A DNA stretch of 64,000 bases, taken from positions 3,699 to 67,698 of the forward strand of contig CAUOMQ010000001.1 of NCBI GenBank assembly GCA_963456805.1, read 5' to 3'. The notes under the pieces are model-generated. The model did no database searches. It was not told where the DNA came from and saw only the letters and a list, made by a program, of their open reading frames with translations. Shown here in pieces: positions 36,088 to 44,205 of this stretch (the first letter of the stretch is position 1; each line of letters begins with the position of its first letter). The stretch comes from an uncultured Neisseria sp. Its GTDB lineage: Bacteria > Pseudomonadota > Gammaproteobacteria > Burkholderiales > Neisseriaceae. The position numbers and the translations under genes are program-made.

Positions 36088-36161
36088 AAAAAAGCCTCAT
36101 CGGATGAATGAGGCTATTGTGGCAAAGGCCGTCTGAAACCGCTTTTAATGCGGCTTAAAGA
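36088..36161 (-). promoter_or_regulatory. Late-leader module copy abutting the I-like start codon
   Basis: Sense strand: ATTAAAAGCGGTTTCAGACGGCCTTT-GCCACAAT-AGCCTCAT/TCATCCG/ATGAGGCT-TTTTTT-ATG. Confidence 0.6.
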
Positions 36162-36250
36162 ATGATTGTTCAAAAAGGCGTTAAAATCGCGTTTTTAGCG
36201 CGTTTTACCATTGGGATAGGCAAACCCTTATCCAAGCCGACAAATGCGCT

Positions 36251-36280
36251 AAAAAAGCGGTCAGGACAAATCCTGACCGC
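36251..36280 (-). terminator. Rho-independent terminator after mor
   Basis: Sense strand: GCGGTCAGGA-TTTG-TCCTGACCGC-TTTTTT. Confidence 0.8.
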
Positions 36281-36301
36281 TATCTTGAATAAATCGGGTA
36301 A

Positions 36302-36643
36302 TCACACAAACAAATCTCCCTGATTTTTTGCCCGCTCCGCCAACCCGACCTCCTTGACGATGCGGTAGATGTGCTGGACGGTCAAATCATATTTGCGGGC
36401 AAGCTCCACATGATTCTTGCCGTTAAACTCCTTATAAATCTTCAGGTCGCGCTCGGATACCCTGCCCAAAAGGTTTTTGGGAAAATAAATCAACTGCCCG
36501 CCCCAGTTGCTGGTCAGATGATGAGACAGCTTTTTAGATACCTCGACCGCCTGCTGCCGCTCCATCGGCAATACCGACATCAAGCAGGCGACCGCCTGGT
36601 CTTCCAAATCCGCCACCAGCTCAGGCACTCTGTTGTCCGCCAT
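36302..36643 (-). CDS. mor: Mor/C-family transcriptional activator
   Basis: 113 aa with a C-terminal HTH (..ARKYDLTVQHIYRIVKE..) typical of Mu Mor/C. It follows gemA. Confidence 0.8.
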   Translation of the reverse strand: MADNRVPELVADLEDQAVACLMSVLPMERQQAVEVSKKLSHHLTSNWGGQLIYFPKNLLGRVSERDLKIYKEFNGKNHVELARKYDLTVQHIYRIVKEVGLAERAKNQGDLFV

Positions 36644-37097
36644 TTTCCACCCTCACTTTCCATTTCTTCAAATGCTCGATGACCCGTATCGCGTCATCAG
36701 TTCCTAACCATCCATGATAATCTATGCCCGTCATGCGTTTGACAAATCGAGCCAGGCTCAATTCAGACGGGCTTCGCACCGCGCCCAAATGGTGCAGCTC
36801 CAACCAAAGCGCACGTATCTTTTTGACCTGCGCCTCCATCATGCGGTTTGGCATATGCACCGGCAAATCAGGCTTGCTTGATGTCGCCTGCGCTTTTGTG
36901 GTAACCACAAAACCCCGCATCTTCATCGCCCGTACGGCAAGCTCCAGCTCTTCAACCGACAGTTTGGTACTGCTCGTCTTGCCGCATGACAGGTTGGCGA
37001 GCAGCGCGCGGTATTCGCCATCGTCCATCATCAACTGGGTTTTGGCCACATGGATGAGCCGTATCAACCGCTGTTTTTTCTGAGCACGGGTTTCCAT
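36621..37097 (-). CDS. gemA: GemA (Mu gp16)-like protein
   Basis: Start placed at ATG 37097 (METRAQKKQRLIRLIHVAK..). The ..DDGEYRALL....GK.S...L..EL..V.. pattern matches the DUF1018/GemA family. Confidence 0.72.
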   Translation of the reverse strand: METRAQKKQRLIRLIHVAKTQLMMDDGEYRALLANLSCGKTSSTKLSVEELELAVRAMKMRGFVVTTKAQATSSKPDLPVHMPNRMMEAQVKKIRALWLELHHLGAVRSPSELSLARFVKRMTGIDYHGWLGTDDAIRVIEHLKKWKVRVENGGQQSA

Positions 37098-37118
37098 TTC
37101 CAGACCCCTAAGAACCTC

Positions 37119-37147
37119 AAAAAAGTGAAACAACGTTTCACTTTTTT
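37119..37147. promoter_or_regulatory. 29-nt palindrome AAAAAAGTGAAAC-AAC-GTTTCACTTTTTT upstream of gemA
   Basis: 13-nt perfect arms around 3 nt. The half-site GTTTCACT is the same as in the 38-nt border sequences. Confidence 0.4.
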
Positions 37148-37216
37148 CAAGAAAATCAATAAATAATGATATTCTATTCGGGATTTTTGCGCAGTGCAAC
37201 TAAAACGGAAGGACGC

Positions 37217-37252
37217 AAAAAAGGTCGCCTGAATCTCTTCAGACGACCTTTT
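37217..37252 (-). terminator. DUS-pair terminator after the HU gene
   Basis: Sense strand: AAAAGGTCGTCTGAAGAGATTCAGGCGACCTTTTTT. Confidence 0.7.
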
Positions 37253-37266
37253 AAACATCAGCGGCT

Positions 37267-37542
37267 TTAACGGTTCACCGCTTCTTTCAACGCCTTGCCT
37301 GCACGGAATTTAGGCGTTTTTCGTGCCGCGATGGTCAGCGGTTCGCCCGTTTTCGGGTTGCGGCCTTTGCGCTCGGCAGATTGGGCGGTGTGGAACGAGC
37401 CGAAGCCGACCAACGTAACGTCTTTGCCGTCCTTCATCGCCTGCGTTACCACGCTGACAAACGCATCGACAAATTCTGCCGCATCGCGTTTGTTCAATTC
37501 CGCCTCATCGGCGATGGCTTGGATTAATTCAGATTTATTCAC
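37267..37542 (-). CDS. HU/IHF-family DNA-binding protein, prophage-encoded
   Basis: 91 aa: MNKSELIQAIA...FGSF......R.GRNPKTGE...I.....PKF..GK.LK, a classic HU signature. Confidence 0.9.
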   Translation of the reverse strand: MNKSELIQAIADEAELNKRDAAEFVDAFVSVVTQAMKDGKDVTLVGFGSFHTAQSAERKGRNPKTGEPLTIAARKTPKFRAGKALKEAVNR

Positions 37543-37590
37543 TTTTTGACTCCTATTTAGGTTTAAATGCGGCAGACCGTGCCGCGCGGT

Positions 37591-37788
37591 TTATTGGATA
37601 TTGAATAACTCCAGCTCTTTGCCGGTTACCTGTCGAATTTCTCGGTTAAGGATGGCCAGACACAAAAGGCCTGCACTTTGGGCGATGCTGCCACCGTCTT
37701 CGTCATCCTTCGGCATCGGTTCGTCCGAAGTCAGCTTGACAAACAGGCCACCCGACTGATCGCTGATGAGGATATTTACCGTCGCCAT
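37591..37788 (-). CDS. Hypothetical early protein (65 aa)
   Basis: Start placed at ATG 37788 (MATVNILISD..), 2 nt after the upstream stop. The longer track ORF overlaps the previous gene. Confidence 0.4.
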   Translation of the reverse strand: MATVNILISDQSGGLFVKLTSDEPMPKDDEDGGSIAQSAGLLCLAILNREIRQVTGKELELFNIQ

Positions 37789-37790
37789 GT

Positions 37791-38402
37791 TCACACCTTC
37801 GCCACATCCAAATTCATCAACTGATACTCCCCATCCTCGCCGCGCTGATACACCCGCACAAACGGCTTGCTGATATGCACCTGCAAACTGTCGGAGAGCG
37901 CGTCCATCGCCCGTTGCCATTTTTCGTCGGTGATTTGCAGGCGGCGCAGTCCGAGTACGCGGGCAGTGCTGATATTGCCTTCCTTATCCACCTGAAACGC
38001 CGCGTTAATCAGCGTTTTCAATTCCGTGCGGCTGCCTTCCGTCCATTCGTTGATACACTCATCAATCAAGGCTTTGGCGGCAATCAAACCTTCGTCAAAT
38101 ACCAACGTATCCTGCATGGCAAGGTTGACGCGGTACGCGCCGTCGAAGCTGTGCAGGCTGATATTGCCTTTCTTGCCGCCGACATTTACGTCGTAGCGGT
38201 CGGCACTCAACTGCACAAACGCGGCAATATCGTCCATCGCCTCGCGTTTGAAAGTGATTAAGTCATCCTGCACGGCGCGCGCTTTGGCAGCAATTTCCAG
38301 CACCAGCTCGTCACGCAGCAGGTCGATTTCTTTAATATTGGCCAGAGGCACGAGATTACCTTTGGCATCCTGTTTGTATTCTTTCATGTCAACGCTATTC
38401 AT
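37791..38402 (-). CDS. DUF3164-type Mu-like early protein
   Basis: 203 aa. The overall sequence resembles the family found in the semi-essential early region of Mu-like prophages (from memory). Confidence 0.6.
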   Translation of the reverse strand: MNSVDMKEYKQDAKGNLVPLANIKEIDLLRDELVLEIAAKARAVQDDLITFKREAMDDIAAFVQLSADRYDVNVGGKKGNISLHSFDGAYRVNLAMQDTLVFDEGLIAAKALIDECINEWTEGSRTELKTLINAAFQVDKEGNISTARVLGLRRLQITDEKWQRAMDALSDSLQVHISKPFVRVYQRGEDGEYQLMNLDVAKV

Positions 38403-38857
38403 TTTGTTTTACCTTTCTGCCTTGCGGCATTAATCCTTTTACACTCATCCACTGACCGGTGGCGTGGTCCGTGTATCCAATCCCTGTCCATGCAAGGGGA
38501 TCTTTCCAGCAGGCTGAGTGTCTGTTTGAGTTTGGCGGCCTGCGCTTTGCCGTATTCGGTCGGACGGTGCTTCTTTTCCAATTTCGGCACCATCCTGATT
38601 TCGGGCGGCGGCAGGTGTTTGATAAGGTCGGCAGGGTTTGGCCACTCTGACGAGGATGCCGCGATAGCTCTAAAGGCTGCCTGTATCCTGATTCCGTCCT
38701 GTTCCGGTTGCCACGGCCGGCCGCTCAGTATGCCCAACCAAAGTTCGGCGACTGCCGTCAAATCCGCCGAGGCAGGGCGGCCTTTGAGGTTTAAGGCGGC
38801 GAGCATCATAAAACCCTGCGCGATTGCTTTTTTCAGCCAGCTATTGTTGTCCTCCAT
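38399..38857 (-). CDS. Hypothetical early protein
   Basis: 152-aa ORF with 4-nt overlap coupling to its neighbours. Confidence 0.5.
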   Translation of the reverse strand: MEDNNSWLKKAIAQGFMMLAALNLKGRPASADLTAVAELWLGILSGRPWQPEQDGIRIQAAFRAIAASSSEWPNPADLIKHLPPPEIRMVPKLEKKHRPTEYGKAQAAKLKQTLSLLERSPCMDRDWIHGPRHRSVDECKRINAARQKGKTK

Positions 38858-39341
38858 TTGACCACTCCATCAAATCGCCCAACCCGCTCCTCAATTTGGT
38901 ACTTACCCCCTCTCCCACGTGAGAGGGCTGTTGAGAGGGCAAAACCGCAATTCCCGCCGTCTTTTCGGGCGACCAAAACGTGATGTTTTCCAATAAATAA
39001 CCGTGGCTGGTCAGCGGCGGTGTCAGCTTTCCCGCATCCCGTGCTTCAAGGCATCGTGTTGCAGCCCAAATCCAAGCCTCGCGCGGGGCTGGGTAAGTTT
39101 TGCGGTTGCGGACAATCTGTCCGTCCCGTATCATCGGCGCAATCTCGCCGATGAGCTTTGAAACCCGGTTAAAACTTAAATCCTTTTCGGAGGGGCGAAA
39201 CAGCGTCAGATACCGCAATACCGCCTTAAAAAGGTCGTCTGAAATGCCGGTCAGGGCAATCAGAGCTTCGCGGGCATCGTCATGGGCGATTAATACATCC
39301 AAGCTCATCACCGCACCGCAGGTAGGGCAGCGTACTTTCAT
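38841..39341 (-). CDS. Hypothetical early protein with N-terminal CxxC
   Basis: 166-aa ORF (MKVRCPTCGAVMS..). Confidence 0.5.
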   Translation of the reverse strand: MKVRCPTCGAVMSLDVLIAHDDAREALIALTGISDDLFKAVLRYLTLFRPSEKDLSFNRVSKLIGEIAPMIRDGQIVRNRKTYPAPREAWIWAATRCLEARDAGKLTPPLTSHGYLLENITFWSPEKTAGIAVLPSQQPSHVGEGVSTKLRSGLGDLMEWSNGGQQ

Positions 39342-39625
39342 GTTCTCGCCTCCATCAAACTTTTAAGGCTGCAGTAAACCAAGTCGGAAAAATCAATAGC
39401 TGCATCACATGCCCGATTACCATCTTCTACATCCACCGGAGGGTAATAAAACAACCCGTTTTTCCAAGATGTATTTGCGGCGACAACCGCATAAACTTCT
39501 TCAAGCGTACAGCCCTCATTCAGCTCTTTACTCAGGTAATCTGTATCGCCTTCTTGGTTACCCAAAGCGGCATCCTGAGTAATCTTGATAATGCCGTCGC
39601 GGGCGATATTTAGATAAATTGTCAT
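39338..39625 (-). CDS. Hypothetical small acidic early protein
   Basis: 95-aa ORF, overlap-coupled. Confidence 0.45.
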   Translation of the reverse strand: MTIYLNIARDGIIKITQDAALGNQEGDTDYLSKELNEGCTLEEVYAVVAANTSWKNGLFYYPPVDVEDGNRACDAAIDFSDLVYCSLKSLMEART

Positions 39626-39816
39626 CTCGCCGCCTCCAAATCCTTACGGCTCAAGCACCGCAATGCCGTCTGAACCACATCCTCAACTTCATCCGATAGT
39701 TGCGACGACACGTACATCATCACAAACTGACCCGATACCGTTGTCAGCTCGGCGGCAAGATGACCGCCTTTCTCCCGCCAAACTGATACTTTTATTTTGC
39801 TGTAATCCCTGTTCAT
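39622..39816 (-). CDS. Hypothetical small early protein
   Basis: 64-aa ORF, overlap-coupled (ATGA). Confidence 0.45.
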   Translation of the reverse strand: MNRDYSKIKVSVWREKGGHLAAELTTVSGQFVMMYVSSQLSDEVEDVVQTALRCLSRKDLEAAR

Positions 39817-39989
39817 TTTTCTGCTCCAGCGGGCTCCAAAACCACGCCTGTTATTTTGTCTATCTCGCTCATCCCGCCATAAACTGCTTCCCAGTTTTTA
39901 TCGGCTTCAAGCGCATCCCTTTTTTCTGCCGTTGCCGCTACCGGATGACAGGCGGCGAGCATGACGGTCAATATCCATAAACCCCTCAT
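39813..39989 (-). CDS. Small predicted lipoprotein (58 aa; below track cutoff)
   Basis: Hand translation gives MRGLWILTVMLAACHPVAATAEKRDALEADKNWEAVYGGMSEIDKITGVVLEPAGAEK*. It has the lipobox LAAC, and both ends overlap neighbouring genes as ATGA/TGA. Confidence 0.4.
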   Translation of the reverse strand: MRGLWILTVMLAACHPVAATAEKRDALEADKNWEAVYGGMSEIDKITGVVLEPAGAEK

Positions 39990-40126
39990 TTGTACTGCCC
40001 CCTGTCATAGACGTTGATCTGCATAGGCTGTTTTTGGCGGCAAGGTTCGGTCAGCATTGCCTGTATGGCCACGACGATGGACAGCAGCACAATTACAATG
40101 GCAAATTCGATTTCATCTTTTTTCAT
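39986..40126 (-). CDS. Small single-pass membrane peptide (46 aa; below track cutoff)
   Basis: Hand translation gives MKKDEIEFAIVIVLLSIVVAIQAMLTEPCRQKQPMQINVYDRGQYK*, with SD AAAGGGGA upstream. Confidence 0.4.
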   Translation of the reverse strand: MKKDEIEFAIVIVLLSIVVAIQAMLTEPCRQKQPMQINVYDRGQYK

Positions 40127-40136
40127 GATTTCCCCT

Positions 40137-40370
40137 TTATTTTTCAGACTCTTCCGATTCATCGATACCGGCCAGAACGGCTAACTCCACTATATCCTGC
40201 CAAGTCAATACAAACCGCTTCCCAGTAGCTTTACTGACGACCATCGGCTCACATCCCACAGAGATTTCCATCGTGTATTCCATGCTGCCGACTTTCCCGG
40301 TAGCTACCTGTTTTCTAAGTGGGAGCAGCAAGTGATTGGGGTCAATAAATTTTCCGAATTTGTTATCCAT
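40137..40370 (-). CDS. Hypothetical early protein (77 aa)
   Basis: Start placed at ATG 40370 (MDNKFGKF..), 1 nt after the B stop. Confidence 0.45.
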   Translation of the reverse strand: MDNKFGKFIDPNHLLLPLRKQVATGKVGSMEYTMEISVGCEPMVVSKATGKRFVLTWQDIVELAVLAGIDESEESEK

Positions 40371-40371
40371 C

Positions 40372-41517
40372 TCACACCCCCCGTACCACATCGCCGTCAA
40401 CCATCTCAAAACCAAGCTCCGCCGCCTGATTCATCGCTGCCGCCACCAAGTTGTTGACCGCCAGCGGATAGAGCAGGCTGTTGGTTTCCAATCCCTTGCT
40501 CGTGCGGCTTTTGACTGTCAGACGCTCGGCAACCGCATCAATCGCGCTTTTGTCTAAAATCTTCGCCATGTCCGCATTGACGCGGTCAAATTTGTGCTTG
40601 AGATAGCCTTCTAGTTTTCCGTCGGTCAGCGGCAAGAGTGTGACCACCTCGCAGCGTTGCACCACCTCGCGCACCGCAGGATTGTTTTCGCTAAGTTTTT
40701 GCGCCAACTCCGTCTGACCGATTAAGACAATCCCGAGCAGGCGTTCAAATCCGTTTTTCAGCTCAAAAAAGCGTTTCAGGTGTTTCAAGGTCGGCAGCGG
40801 CAGACCGTGCGCCTCTTCAATCAAGAGCAGGTGTTTGTTGCCTGCTTTCGCGCTTTCCGACAAAGCGCGGTGGATTTGGCGGAAACGTGCTTCCGGACTG
40901 CGTTTCGGGCTGGCTCCAGGCGCAACCGCCTCCAAAATGGCTTCGGCGATATGTACCGCTTTGAGTGTCTTGCCCTTTTGGTCGTTGTCTTCCATTGCCA
41001 ACACATAAGGCTCGATCAGGATGATTTGTCGGCCTTCGCGGTTGATGCGGTCTTGCAGGTCTTCGCGCAGTGTGGATTTACCCGCTCCACTTTCGCCGAC
41101 CACCGCCACAAAACCGCCGTGGCAGGCCGTCTGAAACATCGCCTCGCGCACATAGCGCACATCCGGCGTCATATACACATCGTCCGCAGACTGGATTTCG
41201 TCGTTAAACGGGTCGCGGAATAAGCTAAAATGTTGTTTTGCCGCTTGGTTTAAAGTTGCTTTTCGTAGTAACATCTCATTGTCCTTGTCTTCGTAAGTTG
41301 CTTGGGCAGGTGCGGCTTCCGGCTCGTTTCTCAGGCTCGCTGGGATTTCCGCACCATTCGTTTCAAAAAATTGTTTCAATTTCCTTCGCAGCTCGGCTGC
41401 GTTTTTTTTCGGCCATTGCCCGTGATTGACTACCGCCACCAGCATCGGCTTGCTGCATCCGATTTCGGCTGCTGCGGCGGCATAGGATTTGCCGATTTGC
41501 TTAAAGGTCTGTTTCAT
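40372..41517 (-). CDS. Mu B-like AAA+ transposition ATPase
   Basis: 381 aa with an N-terminal HTH, Walker A ..GESGAGKST.. and Walker B ..LLLIEEAH.. . It lies directly after the transposase. Confidence 0.85.
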   Translation of the reverse strand: MKQTFKQIGKSYAAAAAEIGCSKPMLVAVVNHGQWPKKNAAELRRKLKQFFETNGAEIPASLRNEPEAAPAQATYEDKDNEMLLRKATLNQAAKQHFSLFRDPFNDEIQSADDVYMTPDVRYVREAMFQTACHGGFVAVVGESGAGKSTLREDLQDRINREGRQIILIEPYVLAMEDNDQKGKTLKAVHIAEAILEAVAPGASPKRSPEARFRQIHRALSESAKAGNKHLLLIEEAHGLPLPTLKHLKRFFELKNGFERLLGIVLIGQTELAQKLSENNPAVREVVQRCEVVTLLPLTDGKLEGYLKHKFDRVNADMAKILDKSAIDAVAERLTVKSRTSKGLETNSLLYPLAVNNLVAAAMNQAAELGFEMVDGDVVRGV

Positions 41518-41530
41518 GCTTTCCCTTTTT

Positions 41531-41557
41531 TCAAATGCGACGACGTCGTCGCATTTG
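41531..41557. repeat. Phage palindrome copy 2 (TCAAATGCGACGACGTCGTCGCATTTG)
   Basis: A perfect 24-bp palindrome core between the transposase stop and the B gene SD. Confidence 0.85.
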
Positions 41558-41558
41558 C

Positions 41559-43337
41559 CTAACCGGTTTTATGCAGTTTCAGACGACCCATCGTCTTAAG
41601 CCTGTCGTAAACCTCGTCCAATTTGCTCTCGACCACGCCTTCCGGGTAGTGTTTGAGGATGACCGCCATCGCCGGTTTCCAGTCGCCGCCGTCTGCCTCG
41701 ACGCGGGGTTTTAAGCGTTTGGCGATTTCGACCTTGCTCAATACCTGCTCAGAGACTTCCATCCGGTTGTACGCCATCTGCTGTCCCTGTTTGGGCATAA
41801 AGAGCGTATTGCGCGCGGCAAGCGTATCTTCCTGATGTTTGTACGGGTCGATTTCGCCGCCGAATGGGACTGCTTTGCCTTTGCGTTTGGCGGCTGCCTC
41901 CTCCAGCGTTTCCGCCCCCATCGCCAGCTTGTCCAGCTCTTTTCGATGCTGCTGCGCGTCCGTATCGGCAGGAGCTTTGTATTCCGCCCCGATGACTGCC
42001 GCATCAGCCCTGAAGCCCATCTCGTCAAACACCACTTCGGGTACGGATACCCAAACCTCGTTACCCTCCTCGTCATAAGTGGCGACCCGCGCCCCGTTTA
42101 CCTCCCAAGGGTTCTTACCGACCAAAACCTTCTGACCGACCAAAATCCCCTGGATGCCTTTCACGCTATATACCCGTCCGCCGAAGCGGATTTCCAAATC
42201 CGCCGAGACTTTCGCCTCTTTCGGCGCGCTGATGGCAAGCTCTCGGCAATAATCCGCAGGCGGCGGCAGGATGAGCTGCTCGGGTTTGATTTTGTTCCAG
42301 GCCTGATAGCGGGTCATGCCGTGGCGGCTGTGCTTTTGCGTACCGTTGTAGTAACGCATCCACCGTTCCGATAAAGCATTGAGCTGGTCGATGTCGTGTA
42401 CCTCGGTAAAGCGCAACCCGCTCTCAAATGCCGTTTCGACAATATCGTTGGCTTTTTCTACTTGCCCTTTGGCTCTCGGATTTCCCGGCTTGTTGATTTG
42501 CACATGCACATCCAACGACTTGCACAAATTTTTAAACGCCGCCGAAGTATTCGCGCTGCCCGGGTCAAGCATGACCATGCGTGGTACGCCGCGAAACGGG
42601 TCTTTTAGCGAGTCTGCCTTTTGCTGCATCATGTAGATGAAAAAGTCGCAGAGGTTCGCGCTGGTCTCGCCGCCGAAGTAATAACGCACCGCAATCGTGC
42701 CGGAGGCATGGTCTGTCCCCGTGTACCGCCAGACGCGGTCGTTTTCGATTTTGACGACGTTTTTCGGCTTGTTTTTATAAAACTCCTCTTCCTTCATGAC
42801 CCGCAGCCCCGTATCCTTGCCCTGACGGGGCAGGTAATACAAAACGCACAAACTCGGGTCGATTTGCCAACAATGGTTCGGATGCTCTGATTTCATCCGG
42901 CTGACCGGTTCGGGCTGGAGCAGTTGGTCGGGATGCAGCTTGTACTCTCGTAAAGCCCGGGTAATGGTGTTTTCAGAAAGGTGGATGACTTCCCCCGTTT
43001 CCTCATCAATCCGCGCCGCCTCGATTTTTCCGTTGGCGCGCAGCATTTCCACCGCCTGCCGCACCGACATCAACCGCTTGCCGTTGCGCCTCATCGCCTC
43101 CACCAAAACCGCCGAAATCAATTTGGCTTCTTCCGGCTTCAGCTCCGTCTTGCCCGCATCGCTACGCCGTTTGCGCGTCGGCTTGACGCTGACTGCCTCC
43201 AGCTTGCGGTATAGCGTGGCAAGGCTGATGCCCAATTCCTGCGCCTGCTGCTTAAGATATGCAGAGCGTGCGCCGCGTCCCATTGCTTCCGCCTGATTCT
43301 CGACTGCCTTAAGACGCTCAATCATTGCCGGATTCAT
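41559..43337 (-). CDS. Mu A-like DDE transposase
   Basis: Start placed at ATG 43337 (MNPAMIERL..); the track ORF extends to 43484 across the previous gene. It has an HTH (..LGISLATLYRKL..) and an rve-type core (..CWQIDPS.., ..MLDPGSANTS.., ..KGQVEK..). Confidence 0.87.
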   Translation of the reverse strand: MNPAMIERLKAVENQAEAMGRGARSAYLKQQAQELGISLATLYRKLEAVSVKPTRKRRSDAGKTELKPEEAKLISAVLVEAMRRNGKRLMSVRQAVEMLRANGKIEAARIDEETGEVIHLSENTITRALREYKLHPDQLLQPEPVSRMKSEHPNHCWQIDPSLCVLYYLPRQGKDTGLRVMKEEEFYKNKPKNVVKIENDRVWRYTGTDHASGTIAVRYYFGGETSANLCDFFIYMMQQKADSLKDPFRGVPRMVMLDPGSANTSAAFKNLCKSLDVHVQINKPGNPRAKGQVEKANDIVETAFESGLRFTEVHDIDQLNALSERWMRYYNGTQKHSRHGMTRYQAWNKIKPEQLILPPPADYCRELAISAPKEAKVSADLEIRFGGRVYSVKGIQGILVGQKVLVGKNPWEVNGARVATYDEEGNEVWVSVPEVVFDEMGFRADAAVIGAEYKAPADTDAQQHRKELDKLAMGAETLEEAAAKRKGKAVPFGGEIDPYKHQEDTLAARNTLFMPKQGQQMAYNRMEVSEQVLSKVEIAKRLKPRVEADGGDWKPAMAVILKHYPEGVVESKLDEVYDRLKTMGRLKLHKTG

Positions 43338-44193
43338 CGCCTTCTCCCGTTTCACCGCCCAACCATTCCGGCACATTGTCTGTCGGTGCTTCGGTCGGTA
43401 GGGCATAGCTTTCGCGCAGTTGCTCGCAGTCCAAAATAATTTGATTGAGCGTGCCGACCATCTTCGCGCGGTGGTCAAATCCATGCGCCTCGCCGTGAGC
43501 CGCTATCTGTTCAAACATCTCGCGCAATCGGCTGATTTGCGAGCGGATACCGACTTCCAAGCTGCCAAGCTGCATCGTTAGTTCGATGCCCACATCCGCA
43601 GGTTTAGGCTCTTTGACACCCGTCTGCTTTTTCGACAGCTTTTCCGCCAGCTCATCGACCTTTTTATTTTTATCGGCAATCACCTTGTCTTTTGCCTCCG
43701 CCGTTTCGCGGCTTTCTCGCAGGGCGACGCGCAGCTCCTTGACCGTCATACGGTCAACATCGTCAAAAGTGTTGCCGTTGACCTCACCGCCTTCGGCAAG
43801 CTCCAACAAAGTGTCGTCGTCTTCAACCAGCAGCTCGAGCAGTTTGGATTTGCCCAACGTCATCAGCTTAGGCTGCACCTGTTTCATTTTCGGGTCGATA
43901 AATCGGAGGGTGGCATTCATCAATCTTTGAGATTCCCGCCGTCCGAGGCCGAATTCTTTTTCAGCGATTTCGGCAAAACGCCCATGCGGCGTATGCTCTT
44001 TGATGATGATCAGCGCGCGCCCCAGCTCAAACATCCCTTCCATCGTTTGGCGTACCGCAAATCGTCCGCGCTCAATCCATACCGTCTCGTTGTAGGCCTC
44101 GCCGTTCGAAAACTTGTCCATAACCTCCATACTGTGGATAGCCAGTTCGTTTGCCGTTGCGCCGACCGTATGTCCTAAAATTTCTGTTGCCAT
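43318..44193 (-). CDS. Early protein, coiled-coil (possibly DUF3102-like)
   Basis: 291-aa ORF between the regulators and the transposase. The family assignment is from memory only. Confidence 0.5.
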   Translation of the reverse strand: MATEILGHTVGATANELAIHSMEVMDKFSNGEAYNETVWIERGRFAVRQTMEGMFELGRALIIIKEHTPHGRFAEIAEKEFGLGRRESQRLMNATLRFIDPKMKQVQPKLMTLGKSKLLELLVEDDDTLLELAEGGEVNGNTFDDVDRMTVKELRVALRESRETAEAKDKVIADKNKKVDELAEKLSKKQTGVKEPKPADVGIELTMQLGSLEVGIRSQISRLREMFEQIAAHGEAHGFDHRAKMVGTLNQIILDCEQLRESYALPTEAPTDNVPEWLGGETGEGDESGND

Positions 44194-44205
44194 TTCTTTT
44201 ACTCC

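Noticed and set aside
36088-36301. Gin/Hin-type invertase or crossover sites that could explain the inverted late block
   Set aside because: There is no invertase ORF in the prophage, and I could not find matching inverted repeats at 36.1-36.3 kb versus 47.86-47.94 or 55.19-55.26 kb.
39338-39816. Anti-CRISPR (AcrIIC-type) genes among the small early ORFs
   Set aside because: I see no similarity to the AcrIIC sequences I can recall, and there is no adjacent aca-type HTH gene. They are kept only as generic anti-defence candidates.
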